From the IMG/VR virus record IMGVR_UViG_3300042891_000711, positions 124,001 to 188,000 of that record: a stretch of 64,000 nucleotides of DNA. One strand, given 5' to 3'. Shown piece after piece: positions 1 to 9,624 of the stretch (position 1 is the stretch's first letter; every line of letters starts with the position of its first letter). The notes under the pieces were generated by a model. That model saw nothing but the letters and a program-made list of their open reading frames with translations. It ran no database searches and was not told where the DNA came from. The translations under genes were made by a program, and so were the position numbers.

Positions 1-625
1 AGATATGTACAATGTTAGGGCACGAGAATATGTCAGTGTGCCCACAGCAGAACCTAAATACATATTAGAACCTGTTGCTTGTGGTATTAATGTAGTCTAT
101 CAAAACTTGCGCGAAGTTGCCGAACGTTCTGGTGAAGGTCGTCGCTTGTTAATATTGGGCAGTGGCTTCCTTGCATGGGTAGCGTATAACACCTTGTTAA
201 TTAATCATTTAGAGTTTGATATCACAGTAATTGGTCGCAGTAATCAAGACTTGTGGCAGGGTAAATTATCTCAAGAAATTACTGGTGTTTATGATGTTAT
301 TATTGATTTAACTGAACGCACTGATTATCTACAAGGCGACTGTGTTGCAAATAATGGTTTAATCATTATTGGTACTGACAAACATATTAATCAAACATTT
401 GGACAATTGATTTGGAAAGCCGTTACTATTAGTTTCCCAAGCCCACGAACACCACGCTTTTATGAAGCAATGGTGTTAGCACGTGATTGGGTTGCTTCTG
501 GTCAATTAACCGTTGACAAGTTCTGGACAAAGTCGTATAATAGAAAGATAGAGTGGCAATCTGCATTTGCAGATGGCGTTAATAGACCAGCAGGCTACAG
601 TAGAGGATACATTAAGTGGGATTAA
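1..625 (+). CDS. Medium-chain (Zn-type) dehydrogenase/reductase-like protein, 5'-truncated by window edge
   Basis: LEPVACG and Rossmann-like ILGSGFLA motifs; frame is open to the window start. Confidence 0.6.
   Translation, partial: DMYNVRAREYVSVPTAEPKYILEPVACGINVVYQNLREVAERSGEGRRLLILGSGFLAWVAYNTLLINHLEFDITVIGRSNQDLWQGKLSQEITGVYDVIIDLTERTDYLQGDCVANNGLIIIGTDKHINQTFGQLIWKAVTISFPSPRTPRFYEAMVLARDWVASGQLTVDKFWTKSYNRKIEWQSAFADGVNRPAGYSRGYIKWD
513..541 (+). promoter_or_regulatory. Consensus sigma70 promoter inside the dehydrogenase CDS
   Basis: TTGACA(513-518)-17 nt-TATAAT(536-541), 75 nt upstream of the next gene. Confidence 0.7.
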
Positions 626-1134
626 ACACAGAAGAACGTCAGGAAGTAGTATATTTTACAGGATATGAAGTAGAGCATACAATATGTTATGGTATGAAAA
701 CATTGTTTGTAGTGGGCACTCCACCTGTAGAAGAAATATTTGAAAAAGCTCGGGCAAATGAATGTAGTCACATTTACTTTGGTACTAGTCAAAGTTTTAA
801 TCCGCAAGCAATGACCTATGAAGAATACAAGCCCTGGGATGATGTTATTCTTGAATGTTTAAAGAATGACTACTGGGTCAGCTTAGACTTTGGTGTAGAA
901 CACATCGAAGGTGTTATTGAAAGCGGGTATTCTGAATACGCTAGATTTGTTCCTATGATCAGTGTTAAATTACCCTACATTAATCAACTTAACTACAATG
1001 CTACACTTAAACTTGATGACATTACGTGGGGTAAAACTAATCCTGGCGTGTGGACACATCATTTACAAACGCTAATGGGTAAAGATAAATTTACCTATTG
1101 GGATCAATATACTCAAGATACAGAGATCAAATAA
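616..1134 (+). CDS. Hypothetical phage protein in the DNA-modification locus
   Basis: 172-aa ORF, GTG start overlapping upstream stop, GAGG upstream. Confidence 0.7.
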   Translation: MGLNTEERQEVVYFTGYEVEHTICYGMKTLFVVGTPPVEEIFEKARANECSHIYFGTSQSFNPQAMTYEEYKPWDDVILECLKNDYWVSLDFGVEHIEGVIESGYSEYARFVPMISVKLPYINQLNYNATLKLDDITWGKTNPGVWTHHLQTLMGKDKFTYWDQYTQDTEIK

Positions 1135-1154
1135 TCAAATACAGAAAGGTTGAT

Positions 1155-1643
1155 ATGAACTTACAATTAGTTACAGAAATCTTAAAAAGCAAACATAATA
1201 ATTTAATGAAATTAGTACCAACATCTGCTAAACTTACTAGTCGAGATTATAATGAAGTTTTTGAAACTAACTATCCATGGTATCAAGTAGTCATCGGACT
1301 AAGCGGAAAATGCACTGACAGTAAAAAAAGAGCAGCCAAAATGGGATTTGACTATAATTTAGATTTAAGATATATGACAGATCTATGGATTAAACAAAAA
1401 GGACGATGTCAATTAACTGGTCAAATTATGAGTTTTCAACCAGGAAACCAATGGAATAAAAACCCGCTATCGTGTTCAATTGACCGAATTGATAACAGCC
1501 AAGGGTATATCAAAGGTAATGTTAGATTACTCACTCACTGGGCTAACAATGCTAAAAGCACATGGGATTTTAATGTCTTTGAGAGTATGATTAAAAGTTC
1601 TTCAATAAATTTGGGATTAATAAATGATACAAGCAGAACGTGA
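1155..1643 (+). CDS. HNH/His-Me finger homing endonuclease-like protein
   Basis: W..Q.GRC.LTG and SIDRIDNSQGY..GNV....ANNAK motifs; ATG 1155 follows AAGG. Confidence 0.7.
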   Translation: MNLQLVTEILKSKHNNLMKLVPTSAKLTSRDYNEVFETNYPWYQVVIGLSGKCTDSKKRAAKMGFDYNLDLRYMTDLWIKQKGRCQLTGQIMSFQPGNQWNKNPLSCSIDRIDNSQGYIKGNVRLLTHWANNAKSTWDFNVFESMIKSSSINLGLINDTSRT

Positions 1644-2028
1644 ACAACTAGAACGTATTAAGTCCAATGGAATACGTACAACTTATATTAAAGTTAGAAC
1701 TGAATTTGAAGGGTTTCATTACTACCCTAACGCAGGTACTATTGATTCGCGTATCAAATTTCTTGAGAATGAACATCGACATATATTCAAAGTTGAGGTG
1801 AAAATATCAGTTACGCACCTCGACCGTGAATTAGAATTTTTCTTAGTTAAATGGGCTTTACAAGAATTTATTAAAGCAGGTAATCAAAATCACAAATCGT
1901 GTGAAATGATTGCTGTTAACATTTTAGAAAATCATTTAATACCATTGTATGGTAATAGATCTTATACTGTAGTAGTATCCGAGGATGGGGAATCAGATGG
2001 TATTATTGAATTTGTTCCACAGCTTTAA
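1624..2028 (+). CDS. dpdL: QueD-paralogous T-fold protein, DpdL-like (putative CDG decarboxylase)
   Basis: FEGFH, LENEHRHIF (LxxxHRHxF), DRELEF, SCEMIA, VSEDGE motifs; separate canonical queD at 12247. Confidence 0.55.
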   Translation: MIQAEREQLERIKSNGIRTTYIKVRTEFEGFHYYPNAGTIDSRIKFLENEHRHIFKVEVKISVTHLDRELEFFLVKWALQEFIKAGNQNHKSCEMIAVNILENHLIPLYGNRSYTVVVSEDGESDGIIEFVPQL

Positions 2029-2740
2029 TTAGTTCTTCTAAAGTTATTGAACAACTTATACGTTTAGATCTATTATCAAACTTAGGTAGTAATTCTAAAT
2101 TAGCATAATGCCCTATAATTTCTGGAGAAATATTTTGTTTAAACCCTTCAGTAATGCTAAATTTATGATCTAATTCAAAGTTAGCACCTCGTTCTAAATT
2201 TTGAGGATTAATTTTATTTTGATAGTGTGTCCAACTCTTATAAGTATGATTAAGGACTTGTTCTCTATACAATTCCCACTCAGTTTTTAGTTCCTTGGAA
2301 ATAGCAATACCATTTTTAATTTTTGTATATGTTGCTTCGATGTAGCAAGAAGGATTTCGTTTAATGGCCTTAGCTGATTGTTTTTGTTTAGTCTCATTAC
2401 TATGAGTCTTATTATACATAGGATTATTTTCGCCGGAATGCCCGCCTCTAGTAGCAATTGCTTTCGAAATTTTATTACCCTTTGTAGCAAGCCAACTACG
2501 ATCGTTATGTCGTTCTTTAAGAACAGCATTTCCTCTCTCGCTCATCAGTTTCATATGAGCACGTCGTTGTTCTGGAGTAATTTTACTATCTCTAGATGCT
2601 TGTGCTTTTTTAATAAAACCAGGACATTGAGTAATTTTCTCAACACATCTCATTTTTTTGGAATTATAACTTATGTAAAAGGCTTGACATCCGCACAAAT
2701 AACACGTATTATTAACATTAACATTAGTAAGTTTAGGCAT
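2003..2740 (-). mobile_element. Free-standing HNH homing endonuclease with NUMOD3-type motif, inserted antisense
   Basis: N-terminal CxxC, GENNPMYNKTHSNETKQKQS (NUMOD3-like), C-terminal LDHKFS...NLELLPKFDNRSK HNH motif; opposite strand to flanking operon. Confidence 0.75.
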
Positions 2741-2800
2741 AGTTCTATCTCTCTATTGTTATTATTTATCTCAGCCGTCACTATTTAAGGAGAATTTTCC

Positions 2801-3031
2801 GTGGCAAATCCAGTTTGGCTTAAAAAGTATCTTACTATGAAGCCTGAAGTAAGACAAATCTACAACGACTTAGATGCATGGTGCAACTACTGTCGTTTCC
2901 ACATGATCAAGTATGACGAGGCTGATTTATATGTTAGCCCAGCTTACAAAGAATGGCAGGAAAAACGCAAACGTCGTGAACAATGGCGTCAACAGCAAGG
3001 ACAAACGCAGGGTTATCAAGGACGTAGATAG
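2801..3031 (+). CDS. Small hypothetical protein
   Basis: 76 aa, GTG start with AAGGAG RBS. Confidence 0.7.
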   Translation: MANPVWLKKYLTMKPEVRQIYNDLDAWCNYCRFHMIKYDEADLYVSPAYKEWQEKRKRREQWRQQQGQTQGYQGRR

Positions 3032-3032
3032 C

Positions 3033-4130
3033 ATGACTGTCTACATCGTTGATTTAGAAGCGGTGGATACAAGGTACACGGGTCAATGGAAGACTCATGT
3101 ACCTATGTTACTTGAAGATCATGGGCACGAAGTATTTGTAATTAGCGGCCCTCATGATATTCCTAGTGCTACTACCCCCGGCGCTTTCCTTAACTTTGGT
3201 GGTACTAACATTTACAAAGCCGCACAGGTTGAGCAAATGGCTAGACTATTCACTGAAGGTCAAATTCATAAAGGTGACCACTTCATCTTTACTGATGCTT
3301 GGCATCCTGGCATCATTAACTTAAAGTACATGAGCGAGCTGTTACAGATTCCTGTAACCATACACGCATTATGGCATGCTGGCAGTTATGATCCACAGGA
3401 CTTCTTAGGTCGTTTAATTGGTAATGCTCCGTGGGTACGTCACGCAGAAAAGAGTTTCTTTCATGCTATTGACTATAACTACTTTGCTACAGACTTTCAT
3501 ATCGAGATGTTCTTTACTAATCTATTAAATGATTACCCTAGCGAAAATCCTTGGTTTGACGAGGACTTGGCAGAACTACGTGCAGGTACCTTGACAGATA
3601 AGATTGTACGTACAGGTTGGCCTATGGAATATATGCCTACTACTATTAGTCCGTTCAAGACTGAGAAGCGTGACCTAATCTTATTCCCACATCGTATAGC
3701 ACCAGAAAAGCAAGTTGAAATCTTTAAAGAACTAGCGACTGCATTACCACAATACGAGTGGATTGTTTGCCAAGAACAGAATCTAACTAAAGAAGCATAT
3801 CATACCTTACTGGGCGAAGCTAAGTTGGTGTTTAGTGCCAACCTACAAGAAACTCTAGGCATTAGTATGTATGAAGGTGCCCTAGTAGATGCTATACCTA
3901 TGGTACCAGATAGACTAAGTTATACAGAGATGTATGCTGAGATATGGAAGTATCCTAGTGAGTGGACTGAATCCTATAGTAGTTTCTTACATAATAAGCA
4001 AGCACTATGCGATAAGATTGTAGAGTTCATGACTGACTATGATGAATATGCTAAGTTAGTACCGCAACAGGCACGTAGTCTACATCACGATTTCTTTTCG
4101 GCAACTGGACTATTAAAGAATATTAAGTAA
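3033..4130 (+). CDS. GT-B fold glycosyltransferase (family 1/4-like)
   Basis: FPHRIAPEKQ and ANLQETLGISMYEG (Ex7E) motifs; likely start ATG 3033. Confidence 0.75.
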   Translation: MTVYIVDLEAVDTRYTGQWKTHVPMLLEDHGHEVFVISGPHDIPSATTPGAFLNFGGTNIYKAAQVEQMARLFTEGQIHKGDHFIFTDAWHPGIINLKYMSELLQIPVTIHALWHAGSYDPQDFLGRLIGNAPWVRHAEKSFFHAIDYNYFATDFHIEMFFTNLLNDYPSENPWFDEDLAELRAGTLTDKIVRTGWPMEYMPTTISPFKTEKRDLILFPHRIAPEKQVEIFKELATALPQYEWIVCQEQNLTKEAYHTLLGEAKLVFSANLQETLGISMYEGALVDAIPMVPDRLSYTEMYAEIWKYPSEWTESYSSFLHNKQALCDKIVEFMTDYDEYAKLVPQQARSLHHDFFSATGLLKNIK

Positions 4131-4714
4131 TGTCAGCATTTGATCCAATATACCAGTTTGAACGAGCATTAGGTGAGCTTACAGGCGCACCTTTTGTTGT
4201 TATGACAGATTCATGTACACATGCACTAGAACTGTGTCTACGTTACGACAAGGTAAAACGATGTCTTTTTACAGCATTTACCTACCTTAGTGTGCCAATG
4301 ACCATGCATAAATTAGACATTTCTTATGGTTTATTGGGCGATAATGAATGGGTCGGAGAATATCCTATACTTGGTACACGGATATGGGATAGTGCAAGAT
4401 TACTACGTACGGGCATGTATCGTGCGGGGCAGATGCAGTGTTTGAGTTTTGGCCACAGCAAACCATTAGACATCGGTCGTGGTGGTGCAATACTACTAGA
4501 CGATGAAGTTGCCTACAATAAACTTATACAGCAACGTAGCGACGGTAGAGACCTAAAGATAACACCTTGGCAAAGTCAAAAGGTATTTGAAGTTGGCTAT
4601 CACTACCGCCCTACAATAGAAGAAGCACAACAAGCATTAGAAAAATTACCCTCAGTAGATCAATCACCTAAATACTATGAATATCCGGACCTACGTGAAA
4701 TTATTATCAAATAA
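4130..4714 (+). CDS. Short DegT/DnrJ-family PLP aminotransferase-like protein
   Basis: SCTHALEL, WDSA, SFGHSKPL..GRGGAIL motifs; only 194 aa. Confidence 0.7.
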   Translation: MSAFDPIYQFERALGELTGAPFVVMTDSCTHALELCLRYDKVKRCLFTAFTYLSVPMTMHKLDISYGLLGDNEWVGEYPILGTRIWDSARLLRTGMYRAGQMQCLSFGHSKPLDIGRGGAILLDDEVAYNKLIQQRSDGRDLKITPWQSQKVFEVGYHYRPTIEEAQQALEKLPSVDQSPKYYEYPDLREIIIK

Positions 4715-4715
4715 T

Positions 4716-4745
4716 TTGACACCGCCTAAATAATAGTGTTACACT
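4716..4745 (+). promoter_or_regulatory. sigma70-type promoter with nested TAAATA upstream of folE
   Basis: TTGACA-18 nt-(TGt)TACACT; CCTAAATA within spacer. Confidence 0.55.
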
Positions 4746-4791
4746 AATATATCAGTCGCCAATATCCACTGGCTTAACATAGGAGCAATAA

Positions 4792-5493
4792 ATGTCAGAA
4801 ATTAAATATGCAGTAAGCGAACGAATTCGCAGTAACTTAAAAGCGAAGAACAAACGCTTCTGGGCAGGTGACAATGTATCAGAATACATCACCGAAGAAG
4901 ATAAACAACTATTAATCGATGAAGCAACAGAAGCTTTTGAAACTGTATTAGACACATTGCTTATTGATCGTGAGAATGATCCTAACAGTAAAGGTACAGC
5001 ACGTAGACTTGCTAAGATGTACTATCATGAAATTATGGCAGGTAGATATGATCCAGCACCAGATGCAACTGCATTTCCAAATGACAGCACGGATCGCTAT
5101 GAAGGTATGCTAGTGGTACGTAGTGAACTACGTAGTATGTGCAGTCATCACCATCAGCCAGTTAAAGGTGTAGCCTATATTGGTATTATTGCTGCACAAA
5201 AACTAATTGGTCTAAGTAAGTATACACGTATCGCGCAATGGTGTGCTACACGTGGCACATTACAAGAAGAATTGTGTAATGATATTTCAAGAGAGATTAT
5301 GAAGGCAACTGGTAGTAACGATGTTGCTGTATATATTCAAGCAACACATGGTTGCTGTGAGAATCGTGGTATTCTAGCACATAGCTCGCTTACACAAACT
5401 ACAGTACTCAAAGGTGCATTTAATAATGACCCAGGTACTAAACAAGAATTCTTTGATAATGTAAAACTTCAACAGCAGTTTGCACCACGATGA
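4792..5493 (+). CDS. folE: GTP cyclohydrolase I
   Basis: SMCSHHHQP, IGLSKYTRIA, LQEEL, HGCCENRG motifs; AGGAG RBS. Confidence 0.95.
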   Translation: MSEIKYAVSERIRSNLKAKNKRFWAGDNVSEYITEEDKQLLIDEATEAFETVLDTLLIDRENDPNSKGTARRLAKMYYHEIMAGRYDPAPDATAFPNDSTDRYEGMLVVRSELRSMCSHHHQPVKGVAYIGIIAAQKLIGLSKYTRIAQWCATRGTLQEELCNDISREIMKATGSNDVAVYIQATHGCCENRGILAHSSLTQTTVLKGAFNNDPGTKQEFFDNVKLQQQFAPR

Positions 5494-5834
5494 ACAATAT
5501 CAAACGCACAGTAAAAGAATATTGTTGGGCACTCTGCGACAAGAAGTTAGATAAAGTTGCAGAGTTCTTACACGATGATGTAGTTAGTTACGGTAGATGG
5601 ATCCCTGGACTAATGAAGGCTAATGTATTATCTGCACACGAAAAACTATTTGCACAGTTTGACAAACTACAGGTGTTGCCATTGTACACATACTTTGACG
5701 AAGATACTGTGGCCTGTAGATTTAATGTTCATGAGAATGGTGCGGCCGCATACGAAATGGCAGTGTTCATTACTGTTGACGAGCAAGGGCTGTTCAAAGA
5801 AATTAGAACGTTTAAGAATAGTAATAAGGAATAG
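5490..5834 (+). CDS. NTF2/SnoaL-like protein
   Basis: 114 aa; helix-then-beta pattern with FLHDDVV motif. Confidence 0.5.
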   Translation: MNNIKRTVKEYCWALCDKKLDKVAEFLHDDVVSYGRWIPGLMKANVLSAHEKLFAQFDKLQVLPLYTYFDEDTVACRFNVHENGAAAYEMAVFITVDEQGLFKEIRTFKNSNKE

Positions 5835-5836
5835 TT

Positions 5837-6178
5837 ATGAAATGGTTTGATAATTGGATTCAACGTTGCTACAATCGTGCTCGTGAACGTGATGAACTTA
5901 TTGATGTCGACGGCTGGGATGAACCAAAACGTAGTCGTCGTGGGCGTCTTGGTAAAGGAGGGCCTATAAGTAATGGCACACGTAGAGTAGAGCATAACTA
6001 TGATGATGACAGTGTTATTACATTTAAAATCTATGGTGCCAATGGTGGTAAGATTGTAGAAACATCACGCTACGATGAAAAGAAAGATAACGAAAGTATC
6101 AGACGTTATGTCATTGACGAAAACGCAGATATGGCAGAAAGTTTAAGTAAAATTGTTACTATGGAGTATATGCGATGA
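5837..6178 (+). CDS. Hypothetical protein
   Basis: 113-aa ORF with AAGGA RBS. Confidence 0.7.
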   Translation: MKWFDNWIQRCYNRARERDELIDVDGWDEPKRSRRGRLGKGGPISNGTRRVEHNYDDDSVITFKIYGANGGKIVETSRYDEKKDNESIRRYVIDENADMAESLSKIVTMEYMR

Positions 6179-6723
6179 ATAATGTTGAAAAAGTGTACTA
6201 CGAATATCTACATATACACGATATGGTTGCTAATATTGTATCTCAAATGTACAAGGACAACTGGCGTCCAGACTACATTGTTGGACTTACCCGCGGTGGA
6301 TTGATTCCGGCTGTGGTTATGAGCAATGTTTATCATATTCCAATGGAGACTTTAAAGGTTAGTCTACGTGATAGCGACACCGGTCCGGAAAGTAACTTAT
6401 GGATGGCGGAAGATGCGTTTGGTCAAGTAGTTGATCATGCTGTGGAAGATAGAAAAGTTATGGTACACGGTACACGCAAGAAAATTCTTATCTTAGATGA
6501 CATCAACGATACAGGCGCTACACTAGATTGGATTATCCAAGATTGGCAATCAAGCTGCTTACCCGATGATCCGCTTTGGGAAAGCGTTTGGGGCAACAAC
6601 GTGCGCTTTGCTGTGCTAATTGATAATTTAAGTAGTAACTTTAGTCGTAAAGTTGATTATTCCGCTAAAGAGATTAATAAAGCAGAAAAAGATGTATGGA
6701 TCGTTTATCCATGGGAGAGATAG
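6175..6723 (+). CDS. Type I phosphoribosyltransferase (xanthine/guanine PRT-like)
   Basis: IVGLTRGG, PRPP-binding ILILDDINDTGAT, C-terminal WIVYPWE. Confidence 0.88.
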   Translation: MNNVEKVYYEYLHIHDMVANIVSQMYKDNWRPDYIVGLTRGGLIPAVVMSNVYHIPMETLKVSLRDSDTGPESNLWMAEDAFGQVVDHAVEDRKVMVHGTRKKILILDDINDTGATLDWIIQDWQSSCLPDDPLWESVWGNNVRFAVLIDNLSSNFSRKVDYSAKEINKAEKDVWIVYPWER

Positions 6724-8738
6724 CTGTTAATAAAAATAAAATCTTTATTGTTAACAGACCCGGTACTACAACTTTTCCTATTCCGTTACTGTGGGCAAGT
6801 GCAAAAACATACTACGAAGAAAATAGTAAGCACTCTGCACAATGGGAGTGGGGCACTCCAGATTTAAATTACAACGACTTTGATCAACTATTGGCATTCT
6901 TGATAGATGAAAGACCTACTGTGGTGGGTTTTAGTCTATATGTATGGAATGAAACATTCTCTCTCAAACTAGCCAAAGAATTAAAACATCATCTTAAAGA
7001 TACTATCATAGTTGTTGGTGGGCCACAAGCTGATATACAATACAACACTGATTATTTTAAACTTCACCCGTATGTTGACTTGGTAATCCCAAGTGATGCT
7101 TATGGAGAAAGATCTATATTAGATATTTTGGATACTATTACAGAATCTACCTCAACTCCAAAGTGGGATAACCTACAATATAGTTATTATCCTGATAGTC
7201 AAGGCAATATAAAATTCAACAGTTTAGCACCAAAGAAAAGAGAATTTAAATGGCCGTCTAATCCATTTAGAGCACAGGAATCATATATAAAATCATTGAT
7301 TGATAATCGTGATTATTTCATTATGATCTTAATTGAGACTTCGAGAGGCTGTCCATATAAATGTAGTTTTTGTGATTGGGGAGGCGGAGTATTTACTAAA
7401 GTAGTTAAAAAAGAATTTGCCACGGTACTTGATGAGATTACATGGGCTGGTGAGAATGCAATCGATATGTTATCTTTTACTGATGCCAATTTTGGTGCAT
7501 TTGATATTGATATAGAATATATAAAACATCTGATTGATGTTAATAAAAAATATGGATTCCCATCAGGCGTTAAAATACAACCCACCAAGTCAAAAATACA
7601 CAATCTATTTAAAATATATTCAATGTTAGCTGATGCTAACTTATTATCACATTATCAAATTTCTATTCAGGACCTAGACGATAATGTAAAGAAGAATGTT
7701 GATCGCATTGATTTTTCTTTCGAAGAGCAAATATCAATGTTCCACCAACTACAACAGCACAAATATCTACCAGTGTATATCGAAATGATTCTTGGATTAC
7801 CAGGTAGTTCGTTGGCCACAGTTAAAGATAGTATACACAAAATCAGCTTAGAAAAATTAGCATCACCAGTAGGGCATTTTTGGGCATTGCTGCCAACAAC
7901 TCCTGCATATAATCCCGTCTATCGAGAAAAATATAAATTAGTCACAGTTAACGGTAAAACATCCTACGGAGCCGATGCCGGTAGCAGCGCACTTAGGGAA
8001 AAATCAATCTGTATTACAGATGATATAACCACTGAATTTGTTGTAGGATCATTTTCTTATACAACAGACGAGTGGATTAATATGCATCTATTACAGCTTT
8101 TTACTGCATCAGTTCAAGGCTCGGAAATCTTAAATTTAATAGCTGATTATTTGTGGCAAACTTATAATATTAAATATGGCGAGTTTTTTGATACATGTAT
8201 GCAGACCTTGTTAACTGACCAACACGTTGATCAAAAATTACAACACGATGTATTGTTATATCGTAATAAACTATTAAATTGGTTAGATGGGGCGACTGGA
8301 GATTTGTATATTGATTATTGCAAGGAATTTTCGTTTTTACTGTCTCCATCGATATACTACATATTTTTAGCGTTAACGCAGACGGACGAGTTTTTTAAAG
8401 GTGTATTACTATCTATATCAAAATTAACACCAGTAACTGATGAAATTATTGATTTATGCGAGTTTTCTAAAAATAGACTTAAAGATATCACGTATCGCCC
8501 AGGAAAAATATTTACCACACAATACAACTGGCCTAAATACATCGAAACTGCTGTATTAGAAAAATCAGCCAAAACCTATCAATTATTAGATACCTCAATT
8601 GATAGATACGGTTACAGTATGCCACTTGATCATATTCAATATTCGAAGAATTCTGTTGAATACATAGTTAAGTATATAGAATTAATAGCCGATGTACACA
8701 AAGGTAAAAAAACGGTTGATCGAATGATAGAAGTATAG
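6711..8738 (+). CDS. B12-binding domain radical SAM protein
   Basis: VGFSLYVWN...VGGPQ cobalamin-binding domain; ETSRGCPYKCSFCDWG CxxxCxxC; TDANFG. Confidence 0.88.
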   Translation: MGEIAVNKNKIFIVNRPGTTTFPIPLLWASAKTYYEENSKHSAQWEWGTPDLNYNDFDQLLAFLIDERPTVVGFSLYVWNETFSLKLAKELKHHLKDTIIVVGGPQADIQYNTDYFKLHPYVDLVIPSDAYGERSILDILDTITESTSTPKWDNLQYSYYPDSQGNIKFNSLAPKKREFKWPSNPFRAQESYIKSLIDNRDYFIMILIETSRGCPYKCSFCDWGGGVFTKVVKKEFATVLDEITWAGENAIDMLSFTDANFGAFDIDIEYIKHLIDVNKKYGFPSGVKIQPTKSKIHNLFKIYSMLADANLLSHYQISIQDLDDNVKKNVDRIDFSFEEQISMFHQLQQHKYLPVYIEMILGLPGSSLATVKDSIHKISLEKLASPVGHFWALLPTTPAYNPVYREKYKLVTVNGKTSYGADAGSSALREKSICITDDITTEFVVGSFSYTTDEWINMHLLQLFTASVQGSEILNLIADYLWQTYNIKYGEFFDTCMQTLLTDQHVDQKLQHDVLLYRNKLLNWLDGATGDLYIDYCKEFSFLLSPSIYYIFLALTQTDEFFKGVLLSISKLTPVTDEIIDLCEFSKNRLKDITYRPGKIFTTQYNWPKYIETAVLEKSAKTYQLLDTSIDRYGYSMPLDHIQYSKNSVEYIVKYIELIADVHKGKKTVDRMIEV

Positions 8739-8744
8739 TATAAT
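8716..8744 (+). promoter_or_regulatory. sigma70-type promoter for queE
   Basis: TTGATC-17 nt-TATAAT. Confidence 0.55.
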
Positions 8745-8762
8745 TAAAATATTAATCGAAGA

Positions 8763-9623
8763 ATGGATAAACAAATGAAATTAAAAGTCAGTGAAATATT
8801 CTACAGTGCGCAAGGTGAAGGACGCTTTATTGGTGTCCCGTCGTTGTTTCTGCGTACATTTGGCTGTAACTTTACCTGCGGTGGATTTGGGATGCCTCGT
8901 GGCGAAGTTAGTACAGAGCGAAATGTAATCAAAGTAGAGCAGTACAAGACATACAATGACCTGCCTTTGGTTAATACAGGCTGTGATAGTTACGCAAGCT
9001 GGGATCCTCGCTTTAAAAGTTTAAGTCCATTGTTATCCGTAGACGAAACAGTTAAACAAATGCTAGATGTTGTTCCTAATAACAATTGGCATCAGGCAAA
9101 TGGTAATAATGTGCATTTGGTTATTACAGGCGGCGAGCCGTTATTAGGTTGGCAACGTGCGTTTCCTAAACTGTTAGCACATGATGATATGTTTAACCTG
9201 CTTAACTTAACATTTGAAACAAATGGTACTCAGGCATTACATGATGACTTTGCGGCCTATTTGAAACTGTGGAAAAGACAAGCACGTGAGATTACATTTA
9301 GTGTAAGTCCAAAGTTAAGTGCCAGTGGTGAAACTTGGGAAGATGCTATTAAGCCCGAAATTGTAGCAAGTTACGAAAAGGTTGGTACAACATATCTCAA
9401 GTTTGTTATCGAAACACCTAAAGACTTCGATGAAGTTGATTGTGCTGTCGTAGCATATAGAGCGGCAGGCTTTACAGGCGTAGTATATGTTATGCCCGTT
9501 GGTGGTGTTGTTAGCGTATATGATGGTAATAAGTTCCATATAGCAGATGAAGCAATGAAACGTGGTTATTATTACAGTCCTAGATTGCACGTTGATCTTT
9601 GGGGCAATTCTTGGGGGAAATAG
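8763..9623 (+). CDS. queE: 7-carboxy-7-deazaguanine synthase (radical SAM)
   Basis: EIFYSAQGEG, FLRTFGCNFTC...GCDS, ITGGEPLL, FETNGT, SVSPKL, SPRLHVDLWG. Confidence 0.93.
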   Translation: MDKQMKLKVSEIFYSAQGEGRFIGVPSLFLRTFGCNFTCGGFGMPRGEVSTERNVIKVEQYKTYNDLPLVNTGCDSYASWDPRFKSLSPLLSVDETVKQMLDVVPNNNWHQANGNNVHLVITGGEPLLGWQRAFPKLLAHDDMFNLLNLTFETNGTQALHDDFAAYLKLWKRQAREITFSVSPKLSASGETWEDAIKPEIVASYEKVGTTYLKFVIETPKDFDEVDCAVVAYRAAGFTGVVYVMPVGGVVSVYDGNKFHIADEAMKRGYYYSPRLHVDLWGNSWGK

Positions 9624-9624
9624 T

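Noticed and set aside
4746-4791. Possible preQ1 or THF riboswitch upstream of folE
   Set aside because: Only a 4-bp GCCA/TGGC stem is visible; no recognisable aptamer consensus or A-rich pseudoknot tail.
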